From Klebsormidium nitens (taxonomy: Eukaryota > Plantae > Klebsormidiophyceae), in assembly GCA_000708835.1 (NCBI GenBank), contig DF237234.1, forward strand, positions 48,224-112,223: 64,000 nt of DNA. Reading direction: 5' to 3'. The position numbers and the translations under genes are program-made. Of this stretch, positions 27,801-40,521 are shown piece by piece. The notes below the pieces were generated by a model. It was not told the origin of the DNA and made no database searches. It worked only from the letters and a program-made list of their open reading frames with translations. The stretch's first letter is position 1. Every line of letters begins with the position of its first letter.

Positions 27801-30800
27801 CCCACGGAGCCCGTTTGTGGAGTAGTCGAGTGATAGTTCCGACGACCCCTTTTCAGCTCCATGACAGAGTCAGTATCAGGGTAAGATTTTTAACGAAGTC
27901 AGTATCAGGGTTAAGAGTGTTAACGCAGTCAGCATCGCGGCTAACAGGGTTTAAATCTTCAACACAGTCAGTGCCGCGGCAAACAGGGTTGAGATCGTTA
28001 ACACAGGCAGTATTGCGGCTAACAGGGTTGAGATTGTCAACACAGTCAGTATTGCGGCCAACAGGGTTGAGATTGTACCACAATGAGTATCGGGCTAACG
28101 GAGTAAGATTTGTTGGGCAGGTTCTCCGCTGCGTGGACATGTACATAAGCCTTGCCGAGGCGGAGACCAAGAAGGAGGACCAGCAGCGCAGCATCCCTGT
28201 GCCGCGTTCAGCGCGTTCTGTGCGCAACCTTGAGCTGGTAGGGTTGCATACCCGCCGCAATTTTGGCAAACATCTTGAGGGTCAGCTTTGAGCTGAGAGT
28301 CTCCTTCGTCTCCCTTTCCTGAGTTTGCTGGCTCTGTAAATCTGCTCTTTCCACTCGAGGACAAAGATGATCAAGTTGGCATAGCAGAAGTCCGGACGAA
28401 TTGCCCTTGTGGGCAGAATTGCATCGACGGGTGCCCCTGAATTTCATCTCTTTGACACCAAGCTCGTCTCTGCCCGGGCCTCTCGTTTAACTGTCCTTGA
28501 AGGCCTGGATTTAATGCGGGCCCGTTGCGTTCTCCATTCAGGATTTTGCCGGTCTCGCAGGAGATTGCTATAGGTGCATCGCATCGTCTACAAAGTCTAC
28601 GATTGCCCAAACGGATTTTGAAGCTTGTACGAGCTTCTACATATCGTTGCTTGCGTTTTGCGAACCAGATTGACTCCAGTCAACACGAACAGGAGCCTTG
28701 AAACCTCTTGTCATCTCCAGGTTCCCGTGATCACCGCGCACATCCCCGTCGACCCCTCCTGCCAGTACGCGAAGGGCACGTTCCCCTACTTCTGCGGCCT
28801 GACGGACAGCATCAAGTAAGACTGCGAGTGGATCAGCATGTTTTTCTCCGTTCCACGCCACAATCCTCTTCGGTGATCCAGCGCCGCACTTGGGAGTACC
28901 AACGTTTGATCGCTGCTGATTTGAGCGCGCGTGTGCAGGGTGATGAACGGCATCAACGCGCCCAAGCTGATTGAGTGCCTGGGGTCGGACGGTCAGCGGT
29001 ACCGACAGCTGGCAAAGTCCGGCAACGACGACCTGCGGCAAGACGCGGTGAGCTTCCGTGTCTGAAACCTATTGGAAGACCCTTGTCTTGCCTCTTTCTC
29101 TTTCTTGATTGCTCGAAGGATTGCCATTTGCTGACAGCTGATCCTTTTGTGCAGTCGTCTATTTTCCATTCAGTTTTCAAACTTTAATGAAACGGTTGTA
29201 ATCTGAGAACCTGCTTGTGTGTTGCTTAGAACCGTGCATGGCATGCTATCGTTTGCAGGCACATAGAGTCCAGCATATTGCTACTTCCTCTGACATTCGA
29301 AGTCGCCGACTTATGGGGTGATCTGCAACAAGCTCTGCACCCTTCACAAACCCTGCCCCGGCTAAGGCTCTCACGAGTCGCCGCCAACGCCCTTCGAACC
29401 TATCCTCTTCTTTTGCTCGCTACTTGATTTGAAAGCGTCCCCTAATACGGTGTTTCTTGTCTGCGTCTCTAGGTCATGGAGCAGCTCTTTGGGCTGGTGT
29501 CTGGTCAGCTCCAGGCGCATCCCGAAACGCGCAAGCGGCAGCTCAACATCCGGACGTACAAGGTGAGGCTGCTGCTTCAAGGCCTGGCAACGCTGTGGGA
29601 TTGTGTTTGGTGTCTCCATGTGAGATTGTTCAGAGGTCGGTGGCGAGTGCATCACACTGCAGCTTCCCAACTCATCCATCGAGCCGAAAAGGATCTCTTT
29701 TAACAGGACTCGTCACGCTTGTTACCACCTTTGATACGCTCGATGGTTAGGTTGGACGCTCCATCTCCAAATGATTGTCAATCTCCGTTGACGCCGGTGT
29801 CTGCAGGTCATCCCTTTCACGCCCACGGCCGGGGTGTTGGAGTGGGTTAACGGGACGGTCCCGCTTGGGGAGTATCTGCTTGGAAGGTTCGCATCCACAG
29901 TTCTTTCATTTTCCAGTAGAAGGAATCTAGACAGCAAGAATTCAAGATATTGAAATTCTAGCGCATGTACCTAGAGCCTTGTCTCCTAACTGCGGTAGTA
30001 GAGCGGCCTCCTTGCAATTGCACTTGTGATCGGAAGTAGCTTCCATTTAACGAGGTTTTCTGCGGTAGTGTCTTGCAATCACGGCACCGTGTGACCGATA
30101 TCCCAACAACGTCCTTGCGATGTCAGAAACAAGACGAAATCGATTTTTCAACGGCAGCAATGCTTTGTGCAGCAACCGCACTGGGGGTGCGCACGGGAGG
30201 TATGGGTCCAAGGAGTGGACCTTTGTCAAGTGCAGGGAGTTGATTGTCAAGGTGAGCACGCTTGAGGACCCTGAATCGACGACACTGCGTCTTTGAAAAT
30301 TGCTCTCGAGACCTGTAAGCGGATGTTCAAAGGCAGAAGTGACATCAGCGAGTGCACGAAGGATAGGTTTTGATCGTCACAAAACGGTCTTGGGCGTCAT
30401 TTTTCTTCTTCATTCTCAAGACACGTGAGAAATCCTGACTGTACTTGGTCCTACTTAATGCAGGCAACGGACAAGCGAGAAGCGTTCGACGCCATACTAG
30501 CCAACACAAAGTGAGTCCTTCTTGTGTTCAAGATAGGTTTTCGCGCCAAAGGTTTCTCAGCCCGACAATATTCCTTGCTCGTTCTGTCATCTTCAGGTTT
30601 TTGCAAGTTGCAACTTCTCTTCTGCCCAGAATGGCCGATTTACTAGCAACAGAGTGCCCCGCGTAACCAGAGGTCTGGTCCAAAAACCTGCGCCCTCGGA
30701 GATCTTGCCTCGCTGTCATTGCCGTTGAGTGAACTGCAGAGCTCTGCCAAGTCTCTCAACACTCAATTTGCTGGTTCTTCCTTCTCCTCAGGACTGGTTT

Positions 30801-33278
30801 CTCGCCCCTCTGTCGTGCAGGCCCGTGTTCCATCACTTCTTCCTGGAGCGCTTCTCTCGACCCGCAGACTGGTTTGAAAAGAGGCTGGCGTATGCAAGGA
30901 GCGTCGCCGCCAGCTCCATGGTCAGGAGCCGCGTCTATTTCTTCCCCCTTAAATTGCGCGATGCACATCTCCTGGTGTTCACAGTTTCCTTAGCGCTGCG
31001 CATGGTTGATCAGCCCGAAATAAAAGAACACAGTCCTTTTTGGGCGCATCGGCAGGAGCGGACGTAGATTTGCGGTCGAGCTCAGCTCTTGCAAAAGGGA
31101 AAGTCGACGGTCCGAGGTGACTGACGGTTCTGCTCGCACGTGTTGTTATTGACACTGTCTGATCTGCTTTAATGGCAACTTTGTCAGTGTCCTTCCTGGC
31201 TGTGTGGAATGTTCGTCAATGTGTTTCAATGTTGGTACCCTCCACCGCAGAGTCTGCTCGCAAAAAATGAAGAGGCGTCCTGCTATGTTCCAGGTTGGGT
31301 ACATCATCGGGCTGGGCGACCGGCACTCAATGAACATACTGCTGGACGAGGCGACCGCGGAAGTGGTGCACATTGACCTGGGGGTCGCCTTCGAACAGGG
31401 CCTCATGCTCAAGACGCCCGAACGGGTAGGCCGGCTTTTCGCCCGCTCTCGGATTTTTCTTGAAAAATGGTGATTCTTTTTGTCGTTTTGTCGCCGCGGG
31501 CTTTGTGTATTTTGACGTCCAGAACGGTGCGGAGTTTGATATTGCGCCTGTGGTCTCGGTTGACGTCGCCTTCGGATACGCAAGCTAGGCTACAATTGCC
31601 CGTCTTTTCTCCGTGCGACACGAACGTTGTTCTCAGCGAAGAATGCGCACTGACCAAACTTCCGATGCGTCTACCGCTACCTTCCTATTGACCTTTTTGA
31701 GAGAGCCCAGCATTCATTGTCGCCAACATCAGCACGTCCGAAAAAGATCATGACGTTAGTCTCTCTCACTCTTTGCGAAATTGCAAGAACCAGCTCAGTG
31801 CCCACGAGCTTCAGAAGCGACAATGCTCGTTCAACTCGAGTTTGAAGATCCTAAAGCTCCCAAGATTCCGTCCTTTATACGTTCGTTCCAAAACGGGTGG
31901 CATACTCTCACATCCAGCGCTCAGTCACAACTTCAACCCGCCAAAGTCTGGCCTTCGAGCGAATTCCGTCCCGGTCGACACCCGCAGGTTCCGTTCCGGC
32001 TGACGCGCGACATCGTGGCGGGGCTGGGCGTGTGCGGCGTGCAGGGCGTGTTCCGGCGGTGCTGCGAGGAGACGCTGGCGGTGATGCGCGCCAACAAGGA
32101 GCAGCTGACCACCATCGTCGAGGTCTTCATCCACGACCCGCTCTACAAGTGGGCGCTCTCGCCGCTCAAGGCGCTGCAGCGACAGCGGGTGAGGCACATG
32201 GAAGCCAACGTCGCTGAAGAATTTGAACTTTGGATATCTTGAGTGCAAGAGTGGGGTAATCAGAGATAGCGGCGAGGCACACAGACTTGTAAGCTTGTTA
32301 ACAAGTCTGGGAATCGTTGCGGTGCAAGTCAGCAAAGAGTCTCCTGACCATTTTGACTTCTACCAGAAAGGCACTGCTCAGCTGAAGTTTTGGATGATTG
32401 GCTTTGTGGCTTAGGTTACTGATCCTTGATCTACGACTATTTTCAACGGTGGAAGCACGATCAAAATCAAGGGCTGAAAGGATGGTCTCTTGTAAGTGTA
32501 CGCCTCGCTTGTTGGGGGGCGCCGCGGCTCCCGCCTTTCCTCTCTTCCTCTGAGCAAAGTTCCGAGCACGCTTCCTTTTTCTGCTCGAAATTGTGCCACC
32601 ATCTTTGTGTGCTTGCACCTTTCTACGTTTCGCTCGTCACGGCAGTCCAACCAAAGAGCTTCTTCCTCAATCTTCACCACCCCTCATCCCGCTCTGAATG
32701 CTACAGGACGAGTCCCCGTCGATCAGCGAGGCGCATGCGGCTGACGTAGCGGGCGGGCTGGAGGCCGCCGAAGGCAACACGGACGCCACGCGCGCGCTGC
32801 TCCGCGTGAAGGAGAAGCTGGACGGGTACGAGGAGGGGGAGATGCGCAGCCTGCAGGGTCAGGTACGGCGGACGTCGGATGATGCGAGACGCCTTATGAG
32901 CCTGTGTTCTTCAACGAACGAGACTTGCGAGATTGTCCTGATGAAAAAATGCCCGTAGTCTGCATACTTGAAGCCGGCTCCTTGCTCCGTTCCGATCTAC
33001 GCGCCGATGGTTTTCCCTAAAGTTGAGCTTTGTGCATCATTGAGGATCTTTTAGAAGCTGAGACAGGATAAGGTACTGCAAATCAGCGTCCTGAGAGCCC
33101 CGTTTAGCCTGCGAGGTTTCTTATGCTTCGGGTGAAGATAAACACGTGATTGACCTCGCAAGAATATATCCTATCTAAGGCCGGTCCCTTTTTGATGCAG
33201 GTCCAGCAACTAATCCAGGACGCTCAAGATCCCGAACGTCTGTGCCAAATGTTCCCAGGCTGGGGGTCGTGGATTTGA
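15806..33278 (+). CDS. ATM: Serine/threonine-protein kinase ATM (PIKK family: TAN, HEAT solenoid, FAT, kinase, FATC), ~3100 aa, 23 exons
   Basis: Starts [33 protein letters not shown] (TAN-like). FAT entry [30 protein letters not shown]. Kinase motifs [71 protein letters not shown] and [15 protein letters not shown] end [25 protein letters not shown]. Approximate exons: 15806-16263, 16534-16669, 17034-18659, 19001-21126, 21514-21912, 22210-23136, 23487-24631, 24918-25453, then 15 shorter exons to 33201-33278. No lesion found. Confidence 0.97.
25108..25134 (+). repeat. (CGGAA)n pentanucleotide microsatellite inside an ATM coding exon
   Basis: cggaaccggaacggaacggaacggaac, read as AEPERNGTE in the ATM frame. 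Confidence 0.85.
27477..27616 (+). repeat. Two diverged tandem copies of a 75-bp unit in an ATM intron
   Basis: catttcttctcttt...gggctttcctag...aagggtgtga starts at both 27477 and 27552. Confidence 0.9.
27868..28120 (+). repeat. 39-bp minisatellite (two 29-30 bp units, four 39-bp units, one degenerate unit) running up to an ATM 3' splice site
   Basis: Units start at 27868, 27897, 27927, 27966, 28005, 28044 and 28083. Consensus is approximately agtcagtattgcggctaacagggttgagattgttaacac. Confidence 0.95.
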
Positions 33279-34607
33279 CCGTTCTTCCGAAGCCGGTTGG
33301 GATGTAGCACAAGAAAGGCACGCGAATTGCGAGATTACGCGCTTCCGAGTGTACTATAGCACGCTCGCGAGGGTAGGTACAAGGTCCTCAGAAGCACCGG
33401 CTGCCTAGAAACGTCCTCTGGAGGCGGCTCGTAAGTAGTCTACTCACTACTGACCCTGCAAGGCACGTCTAATGAACGAGATCATCACCTAAACAGATCA
33501 ATAGCGCTTCGGACGTTGACACGATATACCTAGTGTTTACATAAGGGATCGGAGCTGCTTGCTCGACATACAGTCCAGGGACTCCCACTGATGGGCTCAT
33601 CTTAGATATGAACCTATTATCCTCAGCCCAATTGGCAATTAAGGCCGGCAAGATTCAGAAGGATCTGACCAGCCGATCAAAAAGCGTGCATGGTTCAGTG
33701 GGCTGTACTGAAAAGAATGTCGTATTGAACTGGATTGGTGCATGGCGTCGATCTAAGAAGGGCACGATACCAGAGACTCGAAATAGTATGCACAACTGCC
33801 CCCTGGCAGGCTTGTACTTCCATGATGAGGCCGGGCTCAATCACATGCATGCACAATATGTCCAACGCATTGCTCGCGCCATGCGGCCATGAGACCATGT
33901 GCAGGCTACTCTACAAGAATTAGCTGCCGGATCCAAGGAATCTTGCTGCAAACAGCACGTGGCCTCATAACAACAACCAGTCGACCGTCGACTGGTACAG
34001 ACTCGAGTACAGTTTTTGCGGTTTGTTTCAGTGGCTGGTATACCTATTACACGTGGTCATAGCCCAACTCTTTTCGTACACAGACTCAAAATGCAAGCGA
34101 AGAGTTTGCAACGACCGTCCTGATACTATGAGCGATTTGACTAATTGAAAAGTCGGCGACTTCACGTGAAGGCTTGGCAGTAGCCGTCCGTTTGGCTAGC
34201 TCTGGAGGGGGTAGCAACTGATCAACTGTCTGCAAAGATGCGCCACATGCGTCAGGCAAGAGGTTGTGAAATACGGAGAGCTCAGGAAACCTGGAGAAGT
34301 TGGATGCCGATGAGGGTACCAAAATGGGTTTTAAACCACTTGATGAGCACCTTGCATCCATTCATTCTTGCCAAAGTTGAGATAAAGTTGAAGTCAATAA
34401 AAAGTGGACATGGGCTGTTCTTCTTGTCTATCAAGGTACAGTGTACTAGGATGTGAAATCACCTCAGTCCTCGCACCACTGCGTAGGACTCAACTCATCT
34501 ACTCGGTTACTCGCTTACAATTTCTCCTAAGGAGCTCATTTAGCGCGACCCAACACGGACCAAGCCAAAGGAAGGGTAGACTCACTGTAAGCGGTGTGGG
34601 GGCAGTC

Positions 34608-36603
34608 CTAGGCAGTCCGAATCGCAGTGGCGGCTTTGGCGTTGAGCGTCCGTCTGATCTGACGCAGAAACGCCGCGAGCAGGTCCGCCGGCATGGCGAC
34701 ATCCTGGCTGTGGTACAGAAACATGGCGTCCTCCTTGGAGCGGTGCTTCCACACCCTGCAGTGTCAAAATAGAGTATGCTTCAAACTGGTTTCCGTTTCA
34801 GGTTGAGATACAGCCGGGTTGATTATCAGTGCCCGGGGACGGGTGCGGTTAGTTTGGGGGTAAAGAGTGGATACGGGTGTGGAGCGTGTGAGTCTGTATC
34901 TAGGCTCTCTAGTTTAGTGGGTGCGCCCAGTTCCTCTTGTGTATCTCAACCTGGCTCAACTCAAGCTGAAACCGAGTCTTATCTTCGGAACGCGTTTCTA
35001 GGCAGGAGTGTAAAACATCCGTAGTTTGGAGAGGGAAGAGTTTCATGTAGAGTCCAGGCAGAGTCTCAACTTAAGAAAGCCTTCTTGATTAGCTCTGCCT
35101 CTGTTCCTAGTAACTCGGTGGTCGATTGAACGCGTGGAAAGGAGCAGTGAAGTTCCTTAATAGCATGCGATCTCGTCTTGTAGCTTCGCCTTTGAACACA
35201 CAAACGTTGCCAGCTTTCTTTACGTCCTTCAAACAAGGGGCACACAGTCAGGTCATTACCCCGCAATGCATATCGAAGTTGCGGGTTTGGGTTGCTGCTT
35301 CTGGCACCAATGCAGCAGCAAACTTCCGGAAGATACTTCGAACTCTAGCGAGGAAGCAGATTCCTTCGTCCAACGGACAACAGCAATCAAGACCAGCTCA
35401 CGAAAGCGGCGTCGTGACAGCTACGTCTCTGTGGTTGTACTGCTCCAGGATCGTGCTGTCTTGCACCGGCACCCGCCACTCGTAGTACTCCAGCTCCATC
35501 TCCTGCGCAAAGTTCTTGTACTCCATCCCCGTCACGTCGCGGGACCCCCCCTCCCCGTACGGCATCACCTGCAGCACCGCCCCCCCCGGCCGCATCAAGC
35601 AGATGTTGCTCAGCCCCGCCCCGTGCACCGCCACCAAAACGTCGAGCGACGCCATCGTTTGGGCCATCTCCGGGTGGTTCAGAGCCTCGAACATGATCGG
35701 GACGACCGTGAAGTTCTCCCCCTGCGCCGCTCGGATCAACTCGCCGTAGTTGAGGAACTGGCGCGTCGTGTTGCGCTGCACGATGCCCACCACGGGAGTC
35801 GCCCCCGCCGGCACGAAGACGCGACTCGACTCCGGTTCTGGCACGCGAAGCCCCTTCCGCATGTAGGCGCCAAACTCCTGTAAGATCGTGCCGGATGCCG
35901 CTCTGCTCTGGAACCCCCCGTTCTCGTCATACATACACAGACTGTGGTACAGGCCAAGTGTCAGATTGCTGAAGCACTCTACCCCTTGAGCCCGGCTGTA
36001 CGTGTCGTTTTCCAGCCCGATCAGCCGGATCGCGTGCTCCGTCATAGCGCCCACGAAGCTGCGCTTGGGCGGATTGTCCCGCCACCACCACTCGCCCTTT
36101 AGATCTGACATCAGCATGACGACGTTCCGGTCATACCCCCGCGTTGTCTCAAAGAGTGGGAGGAACACCTCGTTGAAATCATGGAACGGGCCGCCAGAGT
36201 ACCCCCCTGCCGAAAACACCACTCCTGGGGCGGTGTTGTTCCTGGAACACTTCATGAGAGGAGCACTCGGGTCATCGTGAGCGACAACTCGCACAGGTAG
36301 CTCACTGACTTGGCTCTCCATGAGCCCCTTGTCCCACTTTCTGGGATGCGGCCGGAACCCCATCTCACCTGGTTCTGTTTGGGGATCCCTCGAGAAAAGT
36401 ACGATCTGTCCGGAAGTCACATCTATTCGCACATCCCCCTGAAGGGTGCAGACATCTGTGAGGGCGGAGGAGAAATCGCACTCCAGCTCCAGTCGGCCGA
36501 TCGCCACCGGAAGACCGCTCCATGCAGCTATGAGAAAGAAGGCCGCTACGCAGCAGTTGATGTTGGGTGCCCTGCTCATGGCCGCTGCTCCCCAGGGCAG
36601 CAT
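34608..36603 (-). CDS. Glycosyltransferase family 61-like type II membrane protein (copy 1)
   Basis: Large exon 36603 (or 36579) to 35402 plus last exon 34755-34608 (SVWKHRSKEDAMFLYHSQDVAMPADLLAAFLRQIRRTL...*). N-terminal hydrophobic anchor; C-D-x-S-x(4)-D-V-C-x-L-x-G-D-V-R; GGYSGGPFHDFNEVFLPLF; VLVAVHGAGLSNICLMRPGGAVLQVMPYG. These are plant GT61 (DUF563) motifs. Confidence 0.85.
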
Positions 36604-37211
36604 TGTTCAAGGTGAGGCGGTCTGTGCAAATTGGTGTTTTTAAGGGCACCAGTGACCACTGTCAAGGATAGAGGAGGCGCTTTTGCACCTGCATGGGCGT
36701 TCAAGACAGATTCAAGACCAAAGGCTGTATTGAAGAGTCTCAGAGTCTTGAGAGCACGAGTGAGGCTATAATCGATCAGTCCCGTCTGCATAAGCAGACG
36801 ATATCATCCTATCCGGGAGACAACGCCTCGCACAAGCGCTTGCGTACGCTGCGATGCACCGGGTTCCAAGCTCTGTAAACGCGTTCAGTATCGGGGCGCG
36901 TACGGCGCACAGATCTCAGAATTTTCATGTTGACTACCCGCCAAAACTCTCTGATCAATGCATGGCTGCTTGCTGAATGGATGCATGCGCCTGCACTGGC
37001 TGCAGCGAAGTCACTAATAGTAATGGGTCAGAAAAGCACAGCAGCATTTCTGCTATCAGGGAGGATTAGACTAACATCTGACAAGGAGATGTCTGTCTGA
37101 TTTGAAGTTCTCTTGCGGATGACTTAGGATGGTTCAGAGCTTGGCTAACACTAGCAGTCGGTGGCATTGCTTAGCAAAGAAGCACCCCCTCTCACTGCAG
37201 CACCAGCTGAC
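36604..37211. promoter_or_regulatory. Probable shared promoter of the divergent GT61 paralogs
   Basis: About 600 bp between the two outward-facing ATGs. Inferred from geometry. Confidence 0.4.
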
Positions 37212-39993
37212 ATGACTAAGAAGATGACAGCTGTCCACCGCCGGCACGTGGTCGGCACCCGGCTCCTATTGATCATATTCTCCATCGTAGCAGGGTTGTC
37301 GTTCCTGGGCTTCAAGGGTTGGACGGGGGCAGATCTCGTAGGCACCTGTGGTTGGGTCTATTGTCCGACACTTGACAGCATTCCACAAGTCAGCATGCGA
37401 GAATCGATATTGGAGGCGGTCGTCAGACCTGCCATCGACCGCACGGTAGTGATGATAACGCCTGCAAAGAGAGGGGGGGCAAGCGAAGGAGAGAATGGAA
37501 ATGTGGGTGCCGGACTTCATTACAACTTGCAGGATGTGTTGCTTTCGGAGGAGGACGAGATGCAGAAGACAGAGGAGGAGCGAAAAGAAGGGGTCATTGC
37601 AGAGAGTCCTGGTGAGAAACCTCCTCTTGAAAACTTTGCCCCCCAATCGGCTGAGTGACACTTTAGATGGTTGGGCTGCTTCCCCTAGTGTTCGATTTGA
37701 ACACCACCCTGAAAGAACCCTGACACTGGTGGTGTGATGGTCAAGAGATTTACTCAATTGGTTCCAGCGCCGCTTTTAGCATTCGCTTGCTCCATCGGTG
37801 GGTCGATTACATCCACAAGGCCTGTTGTTTTGTTCGTCCATGCGAGTAGGGTGACACAAGGGCCGCTGATGTGACAGTAGATTACTACTGTCCAACGGCT
37901 TGCAATCAGGATGCATATCATGGGGCGAGGCGGCTGTTCAGGTGTCTATTCCCACCGACCTCCGAAAGCACCTCCTGAGGGCTGCATCTGGCAGAGCTCG
38001 AAGTGGTCTTGAAGCATACAGCTGCTAGGAATGTCTTCTACTTCCCACAATTATTTTTTTCGCCTCATTTAGCAGCGGCTCCAAGTTGGCCCTTGTCACG
38101 TTATCCACCATCCCCATCACAACTCGCCTTTCAATCTGTATAAGTCTTAGAGTTAAAGTTCTGCCACTATATCTTATTTTCGTTCCTTCACTGGCCAAGA
38201 TCACAATCTTTTGTCACAGGACTTCAACCTTGTTGAGAAGCCCCTTCAAAGTCCGCCATTGTATGCCCCCTCTGACTTTTTTCTTTCTTCTCTGCAGCTG
38301 ATGAAGGACATCTGCACAGTAAGCGCAAAGCCAGAGCAGGCCGCCCCGCAAACAGCTCAGCTGATGGCCAAGAGGAGTTCAAGTGCGACAGGTCCTCCCC
38401 CCTAACCGATGTCTGCACTCTCCAGGGCGATGTACGAATCAATGTAACCTCGGGCCAGATTGTCTTGTTTGCCGGGGATCCAGAAACCCCCAGAGGTGAA
38501 GAAAAAGTCCGGCCGATGCCGAGAAAGTGGGACGAGGGGCTGATGGAAAGCGGGGTGAGCGAGTTCACACTTCAGTCGGTCGATCGCAACGGCAGCGATG
38601 CCCCGGCGATGGAGTGCACGCACTGGAACGAAGCGCCGGCGGTCCTTTTCTCGGCGGGGGGGTACTGCGGGGGCGTCTTTTTCGACTTCAACGAGGTCTA
38701 CCTCCCCCTGTTCGAAACGACGCACGGGTTCGATCACGACGTTGTCCTTTTGGTGGCGGACTTGAAAGGCGACTGGTGGTGGCAGGGGGATCCCCGGGGC
38801 AGTTTTGTGGGCGCGATGACGTGGGACCCGGTCAGGGTGATCGGTCGGGAACGGGGCACCAAGGGAAACGTGCATGGGGTGGAGTGCTTCAGCCACGTGA
38901 TCGTGGGGCTGTATCAGAACTTCTGCCTATACGACGAGTACGAAGGCAAGGAGTGGCGGAAGTTTGCGCGCTCGGAGCTGAAAGAGTTTGCGCCGTTCGT
39001 GCGGGAGGGGCTCGAGATCGCGGACCCCCCCGAGAGCCACGTTTCCGTTCCCCGAGGGACTGCGCCGGTCATCGGGATCGCGCAGAGGAGCGAATCGCGG
39101 AGGCTACTGAACCACGAGGAGCTGTTACGAGTCGCTGAGGGGGAGGGGTTCACTGTCACTCCGTTGGTTATCGAGGAGTTGACGCACGCGGAAGTAGCGG
39201 CCGCGATGGCGCCTCTCGATGTTTTGGTGGGGGTCCACGGGGACGGCTTGAGCAGCATTTCGCTGATGCGGCCGGGGGGGATCGTGCTGCAGATTCTGCC
39301 GTATGGGGAGGGGGGGCCGCGGAATATAGTGGGGGCGGAGTATAAGAACTTGGCGCTGGAGATGGAGATTGACTACCATGAGTGGCGGGTGCCCGCGCAC
39401 GAGAGCAGCCTCAGTGACCAGTATAACTGCACGAACGAGTTTGTGGCGTCGCCGCTTATGTAAGCTTTGAAACCTGTGGAGAGTGCTTTGCTGTCGAGGA
39501 ATGGAGGTGGACTGGGACTTCGTTTCGAAGATTGCCTGGCGGGAACGTTGTCTGGTGTCATAATTCGTGGCTGTGCAGACCTGCAACCTCGTTTGAGTGA
39601 ATAGGCGCAATTGCTGAGGGCCGTGTCTTTTCTGGCGCTTGATACGTCTGTCCTCATCTCTGTCAAATGACTAAAGGCCAAACTTCGAGGACTCGAAGCA
39701 ATTATCTGCTCTTCTTACAGTTGCGTTTCTCCTGCGTGCTTCCACCATAAGCTGGAGGCAGTTGCTCAGTCGATGCAATTGAACATTCAACACATACTGA
39801 GGTGTTATGGAGAATCTGCAGTAATCGTGCTTGCGCTGTTTGCAGGACTTGGACCCACAATTCCATCCAAGACGCGCTGAACGTCTACCACAACCAGGAC
39901 GTCGTGATGCCTGCCGACATGTTTGCCGCGTACCTGAGTCAGTTCAAAAGGATACTCCACGCAAAAGCCGCCCTCGCACAAGAGCTGCGCTGA
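37212..39993 (+). CDS. Glycosyltransferase family 61-like type II membrane protein (copy 2)
   Basis: Exons 37212-37611 (TM RLLLIIFSIVAGLSFLGF plus acidic stem), 38298-39459 and 39846-39993. FKCDRSSPLTDVCTLQGDVRINVTSGQIVLF and VLVGVHGDGLSSISLMRPGGIVLQILPYG align with copy 1. The last intron is at the same codon position and phase as in copy 1. Confidence 0.85.
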
Positions 39994-40443
39994 GGGCCGA
40001 GATTGCTTCACTGGACCGCACGACCGCACGTTTGCAGACTGTGAGTTTTGCGTTGCCCTTGGCCTTTTGCTCGGGGCCTGACGCTCACTTTGCACTTGTC
40101 AGCTGCTTGTGAGGGGAACGAGAAACTTCCTATCGAGTACTTCCTGGCAGGCGGTTAAGGACTCTTTCGGCGCCAAATAGGTCTGAGGTACTCAAATTAT
40201 GGGTAACCCTTTGAAAAGGCCAGTGCTTGTGAAGATGTTTGCTTCGAGAGCTATCCCTCTCCCATGGACGGAAGGGGTCAGCGTGCATCTCTTGGCTAAT
40301 GTTGGCTCTTCAAGTCAATCGAAAATGGCTTCTGGCTTTCAAGCGAAAGCTCACAAGCTGACTCGGATAGGTCTGACGTGAAGATGACTAAAGCGCGCTC
40401 CTCATGCAACCTGCCCCGTCGTGTCGTGAGTTACTTGGCCCCT

Positions 40444-40521
40444 CCAGCATTAGTAGTCCTGTGATTAGTAGTCCTGTGATTCCAGCATTAGTAGTCCTGT
40501 GATTAGTAGTCCTGTGATTCC
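40444..40521. repeat. Nested tandem repeat: 15-bp unit doubled within a 38-bp unit that is itself doubled
   Basis: (ccagc attagtagtcctgtg attagtagtcctgtg att) x2, exact copies. Confidence 0.95.

Noticed and set aside
33608-33892. 94-codon ORF between the 3' ends of ATM and GT61 copy 1
   Set aside because: No recognisable domain or codon bias; length within chance expectation.
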